From contig OZ242164.1 of the NCBI GenBank assembly GCA_965205335.1, forward strand, positions 552,713-616,712: 64,000 nucleotides of DNA, written 5' to 3'. This stretch comes from Candidatus Woesearchaeota archaeon. GTDB lineage: Archaea; Nanobdellota; Nanobdellia; Woesearchaeales; UBA583. Each line of letters starts with the position of its first letter. Position 1 is the stretch's first letter. This document shows positions 59,074-64,000 of the stretch, piece after piece. The notes beneath the pieces were generated by a model, which was not told the DNA's origin, did not search any database, and worked only from the letters and a program-made list of their open reading frames with translations. The position numbers and the translations under genes are program-made.

Positions 59074-60417
59074 ATGAGAAAGAAAGATATTCTTAAATTA
59101 ATTGAAACTGGAGAAGGTTATAAATTGGAGTTTAAGGAGACTTTTAGTAGTTCTATCGGAAAGGAAGTTTGCGCTTTTGCAAATGCATCAGGAGGTAAGA
59201 TTATTCTGGGAGTTAGAGATGATAATACAATTAGAGGTTGCTCATTAAATAATTCAGAATTTTCACGAATACAAGATATTGCACGAAATATAGAACCTTC
59301 TTTTAATGTTAGCATTGAACAGGTTGATGATTTAGTTGTTATTGATGTTTCAGAGGGCAAAGAGAAACCTTATTCTGTTAATGGGCATTTTTATATTCGT
59401 CAGGGGGCAAACTCCCAGAAGTTAAGAAGAGACGAAGTAAGAGGTTTTTTTCAAAGAGAGAATTTAATCAGGTTTGATAATAAAGCAAATCCTGATTTTG
59501 ATATTAGAAATGATTTTGACAGGGAAAAATTTAAAGCATTTGTTCAGAAATTAGGAGTTGATAAATCATTACCACAGAAGAATTTGTTGCAGAATTTAGG
59601 TTTAGTAACCGATGGAAAATTAAATAATACAGGGGTTTTGTTTTTTTCGCATAGAATTTCAAAGTTCTTTCTTAATTCTGTTATTTGTTGCGTTTTGTAT
59701 GATGGCAGAACAAAGACAAAGATTTTAGACAAGAAAGAATATGATGGGGATTTTGTTTCAAACTTTAATGATGCTGTGCTTTTTGTTCTGAGAAACCTCA
59801 GAACTGAATTTGTCATTGAGAAGATTGAGCGGGAGGAAAAAGAAGAGATTCCAGAAAATGCTTTAAGGGAGTTGATTATTAATGCAATGGCACACAGGGA
59901 TTATTTTTCAGAAGGACGCATATTAATTGAGATTTTTTCAGATAATGTTAAAATATCAAATCCCGGCAGTTTGTTGTTTGATAAAAAAGATTTTGGGAAA
60001 AGGAGTCTTTCAAGAAATCCCTTAATTGTTGATATAGCCCACAGATTAAAATTTGTTGAGCGTTTAGGTTCAGGTATTGAGAGAGTCAGAGAGATTTTAA
60101 AAGACAGAGTTAAATTTGAGATAAGTTCAGATTGGTTTGAGGTTATAATTAAGAGAAGGCAGATAAGAATTATTGCAGAAGAAACAGAGAATTACAGAAA
60201 GAGTTCACCAAAAGTTCATCAAAAAAGTTCACCAAAAATAATTGAGTTAATGAGAGAAAATCCTAATATAACAATAACAGAACTTTCCCTGATTATTGGA
60301 ATAACAGAGAGGGGAATAAAGAAGAATATTGCTAAATTAAAACAGGAAGGAATAATAAAAAGAGTTGGTTCATACAGGGCTGGTTATTGGAAAGTATTGG
60401 GGGATAATAAAAAATGA
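59074..60417 (+). CDS. AlbA_2 (divergent-AAA/Schlafen-like) plus HATPase_c_4 plus C-terminal wHTH protein embedded in the Type I R-M operon
   Basis: ETGEGYKLEFKETFSSSIGKEVCAFANASGGKIILGV (AlbA_2); ELIINAMAHRDYFSEGRILIEIFSDNVKISNPGSL (HATPase_c_4); C-terminal HTH ITITELSLIIGITERGIKKNIAKLKQEGII. Confidence 0.7.
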   Translation: MRKKDILKLIETGEGYKLEFKETFSSSIGKEVCAFANASGGKIILGVRDDNTIRGCSLNNSEFSRIQDIARNIEPSFNVSIEQVDDLVVIDVSEGKEKPYSVNGHFYIRQGANSQKLRRDEVRGFFQRENLIRFDNKANPDFDIRNDFDREKFKAFVQKLGVDKSLPQKNLLQNLGLVTDGKLNNTGVLFFSHRISKFFLNSVICCVLYDGRTKTKILDKKEYDGDFVSNFNDAVLFVLRNLRTEFVIEKIEREEKEEIPENALRELIINAMAHRDYFSEGRILIEIFSDNVKISNPGSLLFDKKDFGKRSLSRNPLIVDIAHRLKFVERLGSGIERVREILKDRVKFEISSDWFEVIIKRRQIRIIAEETENYRKSSPKVHQKSSPKIIELMRENPNITITELSLIIGITERGIKKNIAKLKQEGIIKRVGSYRAGYWKVLGDNKK

Positions 60418-61202
60418 TAGAGTACATAAAGTTATTTTTTGGGAAGCATTGGAAATTGGTTTTGGTTTTTGTAATTGGAGTTATCATTACTTTCAGTATA
60501 ATGTCTCATTTTCATCAAAAAGATATTGACATAAAGGATAGTACCATAGAAATAAAAGATAGCACTATAGAAAATTTGAAAGAACAACATCAGAAAGATA
60601 TAGATATAAAAGATAGCACCATAAAAAGTCTGGAAGTTCAGAATAATAATTTATCTTATCAAATTGGATATGTAAAAGAAGAAAGTTTAGAATGTAAAAT
60701 TGAATTCGGAGACTTTGATTTATCAAATAACAACATAATAAATTTTTCCACTCAAAAAGATTTAAATTTCAGTTGTATAGAGAAAGATGTTGTAATTGAT
60801 AAACTAATTGATAAAACTAATTCACAAGATGAAAGTTTGAGGATTTCAGAAAATAAGAATCAAGTTCTTGAAGAAGAAAATAACCAATTATCAAACGAGA
60901 ACTCAGATTTAAAAAGTAAAATTGGAATTGAGAAGAATTTCTTAAATAGTACAATCACGATTAATAATCTTAAAACATATGAAGCAGAAAATGGAAAATT
61001 CGCAATTACTGTAACAGGTATATTTAATGGGCAAACATCATTGAAAATTAATGGCAAGGACTTTAATAACTTAGGCAGAGGAACTCAAATAAATTTCACT
61101 TACAAAAACCAAGAATACATTTTGAGAATAAACGAGATTTATGGTGAGTCAGCATATCATAATCAAAATTACATAATTATTAGGATTATTAAAAATGACT
61201 AA
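60414..61202 (+). CDS. Hypothetical protein: N-terminal TM, internal near-identical QKDIDIKDSTI repeats, coiled-coil, beta-rich C-terminus
   Basis: TM WKLVLVFVIGVIITFSI; repeat HQKDIDIKDSTIE / HQKDIDIKDSTIK at 60520-60625; 4-nt overlap with the upstream gene. Confidence 0.4.
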   Translation: MIEYIKLFFGKHWKLVLVFVIGVIITFSIMSHFHQKDIDIKDSTIEIKDSTIENLKEQHQKDIDIKDSTIKSLEVQNNNLSYQIGYVKEESLECKIEFGDFDLSNNNIINFSTQKDLNFSCIEKDVVIDKLIDKTNSQDESLRISENKNQVLEEENNQLSNENSDLKSKIGIEKNFLNSTITINNLKTYEAENGKFAITVTGIFNGQTSLKINGKDFNNLGRGTQINFTYKNQEYILRINEIYGESAYHNQNYIIIRIIKND

Positions 61203-61254
61203 AACAAATGAAAACACTATTCCAAACTGTTGGCAAAAAGCAAAATCAAGATAA
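61195..61254 (+). pseudogene. Truncated duplicate of the hsdS 5' end (19 codons then stop)
   Basis: atgactaaaacaaatgaaaacactattccaaactgttggcaa... is about 75% identical to the start of the full hsdS at 63096 (atgactcaaacaaatgaaaacactatcccagaagattggcaa...). It encodes MTKTNENTIPNCWQKAKSR* versus MTQTNENTIPEDWQEVKLNE. Confidence 0.5.
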
Positions 61255-61262
61255 AAGAGAAA

Positions 61263-62354
61263 ATGGCAAGCACAACAAATAAACTGCAAACTAAGGATTT
61301 GATAAGATTTAAGCATATGTTTAAATTATTAGACATCTTTAGTTTTGTAATTACTAATTTTATTTTTTTTATAATTATTCTTTACTTTTACGATTTGAAT
61401 ATAAATCCCTTGCATCTTGCATTCTTGATAAACCTTTTAATTTTTATCATGATTTTAATCCTCAATTTTATCTTGCTAAAACCAGAACATATCTTGTTAT
61501 GGAAAAATTCTAAAAAGTATTTCGGTTTTATTCCATCATTAAATAAATTAGAAAGAAAAAACAGAAAATTTTTAAGCAGTTTCCATATTATCACATTGTT
61601 AATAATTATCACTAGAACTCTTTTCTTTGAAATCTTAAGAAATTTTTTTATAATTACAATAATTTGGAGTTCTATCCTATTGCTATTGTACTTTTTGGGA
61701 ATTTATGTAATAAATCAAAATATAGGATATGAAGCCTTCATATATCTAATCACTGCAATTGGGATTTTTTCTGGAATATTCCAATTTTATTTTAAAGATT
61801 ATAAAAACGAAGAGAAAAACAGAGTTCTTTTAATTATTCAAAATTATTTGAAAGAGAAAATTAAATTGGTTTCACAAGAAGAATTCTTAGAATATCTTAG
61901 TGAGAAAAACTCAAAATTGCACAACACTTTCAAAGATAAATGTAGAGATAATGTCGCTTATAATCAGAATAGAAACAATACTCTTTATCTTTCATTTCCC
62001 AATTATAAAAACTTTAATATTGTGATGAAAGAAATGGAAAATGGCGATAAAGAGGAATTTACTAATCATTTAAACAATTTTTTTGAAGAAAGATTTAATG
62101 AGGTTAAGGGAGACTTAGAAAAAGATTTTAAAACTGAGGAACTTATGGAATTAAGAGTACGTATCCTCACAATAATAACATTTTTAGATGACGCATTAGT
62201 TACTTTTCTAAATACAGAATTCAACTTGACAAAAAATCAGGAGAAAAACGAGAAATATGAGGACTATTTAAGCACTTTTATTACAGAAATATATGAGTGC
62301 CTCTTTGATTATTTCTTACTTGGAGAAAACACAAATAAAGAGGAGAAAAAATAA
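61263..62354 (+). CDS. Hypothetical membrane protein (4 N-terminal TM helices plus a roughly 190-aa cytoplasmic Lys/Glu-rich domain)
   Basis: Start MASTTNKL placed after the hsdS remnant; TM helices in residues 30-190. Confidence 0.45.
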   Translation: MASTTNKLQTKDLIRFKHMFKLLDIFSFVITNFIFFIIILYFYDLNINPLHLAFLINLLIFIMILILNFILLKPEHILLWKNSKKYFGFIPSLNKLERKNRKFLSSFHIITLLIIITRTLFFEILRNFFIITIIWSSILLLLYFLGIYVINQNIGYEAFIYLITAIGIFSGIFQFYFKDYKNEEKNRVLLIIQNYLKEKIKLVSQEEFLEYLSEKNSKLHNTFKDKCRDNVAYNQNRNNTLYLSFPNYKNFNIVMKEMENGDKEEFTNHLNNFFEERFNEVKGDLEKDFKTEELMELRVRILTIITFLDDALVTFLNTEFNLTKNQEKNEKYEDYLSTFITEIYECLFDYFLLGENTNKEEKK

Positions 62355-62355
62355 A

Positions 62356-63099
62356 ATGAGTTCTGAGAATAAATTGAAGGAGAAGAAGAAGAAGGAATGT
62401 GGAAATTATTATGATTGGTTATGTGGTGATGAAGATTTAGAAAGGGTAAAATTCTCTGAAAATATATCTGAAGAAGATATTGAAAAAATCAAATTTTTAT
62501 TTAGAAACTGTTGTTATAATAAAAACAGATTTGAGGAAGAATTTAATAGAGATGAAGGCTGGAAGTTTGACAAAGGATTTTTTAAACATAACAATCTTAA
62601 ACTTAAAGCACAAATTCCATTTACAATGTGGGCAGATATTCACGTTTTTGAGTTTAATTCTTTCTTGTTTAATGTTTCAAGATTAATAAATTTTTTAGTT
62701 AAAGTAGAATTGGAAATGGAAAGCATAGATACTAAGAGAACTCCCACAATTAATGAACTCTTAAATGAGAAAAGGAAAGCGAAATTCAAATCATTCAAAC
62801 TTTATGATTTTTTTAAGGAAGAAAATGAGAAATGGGTAAGATTTCTAAACAATTTGAGGAATGAAATTACTCATAAGGAAATAGAGAGAAAATTAGAAGG
62901 TTATTACAAATTAGATGTTAGGATGGACAAGAAAAGTGATGAATTGGTAGTTAAGCAAGAAAAAATCTTTGAAGTAAAGAAATACAACATAGACAATTTG
63001 AAAGTTTATATAAATATGAGTTTGAATAATCTTACATATTTAATAAATGAATTTATGAACAGGATAGAAGTAAATTATCAAATCAAAAATAAGAAATGA
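62356..63099 (+). CDS. Hypothetical soluble protein with an Abi_2/HEPN-like RNxxxH motif
   Basis: FLNNLRNEITHKEIERKL matches the Rx4-6H HEPN motif in its AbiD/AbiF-like R-N-x3-H form. Translationally coupled to the upstream 4-TM gene (stop, one nt, then ATG) and to hsdS (ATGA). Confidence 0.35.
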   Translation: MSSENKLKEKKKKECGNYYDWLCGDEDLERVKFSENISEEDIEKIKFLFRNCCYNKNRFEEEFNRDEGWKFDKGFFKHNNLKLKAQIPFTMWADIHVFEFNSFLFNVSRLINFLVKVELEMESIDTKRTPTINELLNEKRKAKFKSFKLYDFFKEENEKWVRFLNNLRNEITHKEIERKLEGYYKLDVRMDKKSDELVVKQEKIFEVKKYNIDNLKVYINMSLNNLTYLINEFMNRIEVNYQIKNKK

Positions 63100-64000
63100 C
63101 TCAAACAAATGAAAACACTATCCCAGAAGATTGGCAAGAAGTTAAATTGAACGAAATAATAAAGATTAAAAAGGGGAAAACCCAAAGTCCTCTTTTTGAT
63201 AATAAGGTTGATAGTTCATTACCTCATATTTTAGTTGAATCTTTTGATGGAAATTATAAAAGATTTACAACTTCAAAAAATGGAGTCTTATGTTCAAAAA
63301 ATGAAATATTAACTATCTGGGATGGTTCAAGATTTGGCTTAGTCGCAAAAAATTTAGAAGGGTATGTAGGTTCAACTATTGGAATCTTAACACCCATTAA
63401 TAACTTAAATAAAGACTATCTTTACTATTTTTTAGAGGAAAATTATAATAATATTAGAAAGACCACAGCTGGAAGTGGAATTCCGCATATAGATAAAAAT
63501 TACTTATTAAGTTTAAAGATTTGTTTGTTTTCCATAAAAAAACAGCAAAAGATAGCGTCTATATTAACAAGTGTTGATGATTTAATAGAACAAACACAAA
63601 GAACACTTGAAAACAATCAAGTTTTAAAAAAAGGATTAATGAATGAATTATTAACAAAAGGAATAGGACACAAAGAATTTAAAAAAATAAAATTAGGATT
63701 AAAGGAAATTGAAACACCCATTGATTGGGGAATTATGAATTTCGGAGAATTTACAAAAATGATTTCTAAAAAAAATACAGATAAACAAATAACTAATGTT
63801 GTTTCTGTGACTAAATATGATGGTATTGTTGATTCATTAGAATATTTTAAGAAACAAGTTTATAGTAAAGAACTAGGAGTATATAAAATAATTAAAAAAT
63901 ATCAATTTGCTTATGCAACAATTCATCTTGAAGAGGGTTCAATAGGTTATTTAGATATTTATGATGAAGCAGTTTTAAGTCCTATGTATACTGTTTTTGA
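63096..64000 (+). CDS. hsdS: Type I restriction-modification specificity subunit HsdS (5' partial in window, continues beyond 64000)
   Basis: IPEDWQEVKLNEIIKIKKGKTQS (TRD1 start) and central conserved region SIKKQQKIASILTSVDDLIEQTQRTLENNQVLKKGLMNELLTKG, followed by TRD2. Confidence 0.7.
   Translation, partial: MTQTNENTIPEDWQEVKLNEIIKIKKGKTQSPLFDNKVDSSLPHILVESFDGNYKRFTTSKNGVLCSKNEILTIWDGSRFGLVAKNLEGYVGSTIGILTPINNLNKDYLYYFLEENYNNIRKTTAGSGIPHIDKNYLLSLKICLFSIKKQQKIASILTSVDDLIEQTQRTLENNQVLKKGLMNELLTKGIGHKEFKKIKLGLKEIETPIDWGIMNFGEFTKMISKKNTDKQITNVVSVTKYDGIVDSLEYFKKQVYSKELGVYKIIKKYQFAYATIHLEEGSIGYLDIYDEAVLSPMYTVF

Overview
This is a 64 kb contig from a very AT-rich archaeon. The archaeal assignment rests on aEF-2 with the diphthamide loop, ribosomal proteins L15e and S8e, TFE, RpoN, Pop5, Kae1, an archaellin, ThrRS, SMC and a BRE/TATA promoter consensus AAAGTTTTATAAAT sitting about 22-28 nt upstream of start codons, so transcripts look leaderless. 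The many secreted or membrane proteins and the reduced RNase P RNA suggest a DPANN-like lineage, but that is inference.

Housekeeping content includes:
- tRNA-Val (TAC), tRNA-Gln (CTG) and tRNA-Met (CAT), plus a minimal RNase P RNA (minus strand, ~53086-53347) that no ORF track would show.
- SNF2 ATPase, HIT, site-2 protease, YgjP-like hydrolase, rhomboid, SecF, RlmE, an NSUN m5C methyltransferase and an ABC transporter pair.
- Central-carbon genes: a PGK-PfkB kinase fusion, Rpe and a class I aldolase.

Accessory content includes:
- An IS481-like element.
- A 1663-bp IS4/5-like IS with a SWIM orfA and a DDE orfB, 17-bp TIRs and a 9-bp TSD.
- Two MITE families sharing that IS's TIR, with five copies or fragments, all inserted immediately upstream of promoter TATA boxes.
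- A roughly 1000-aa surface protein with Tyr/Pro repeats, a perfect 468-bp tandem duplication of Cys-rich modules and an M64-type HEFGHxxxxxxDEY metalloprotease domain.
- A phospholipid-scramblase homolog.
- A bacterial-flavoured segment carrying a genuine sigma-70-family protein (regions 2 and 4), a DsbA-like protein, an EEP hydrolase and a PD-(D/E)xK-like protein.
- A Type I R-M locus (short hsdS, hsdM, then a downstream full hsdS) with four non-R-M genes embedded between hsdM and hsdS: an AlbA_2/HATPase_c_4 protein, a TM plus coiled-coil protein, a 4-TM protein and a small protein with an Abi_2/HEPN-like RNxxxH motif. A truncated duplicate of the hsdS 5' end lies just upstream of the last two.

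The embedded four-gene block is the best candidate in this window for an undescribed defence module.
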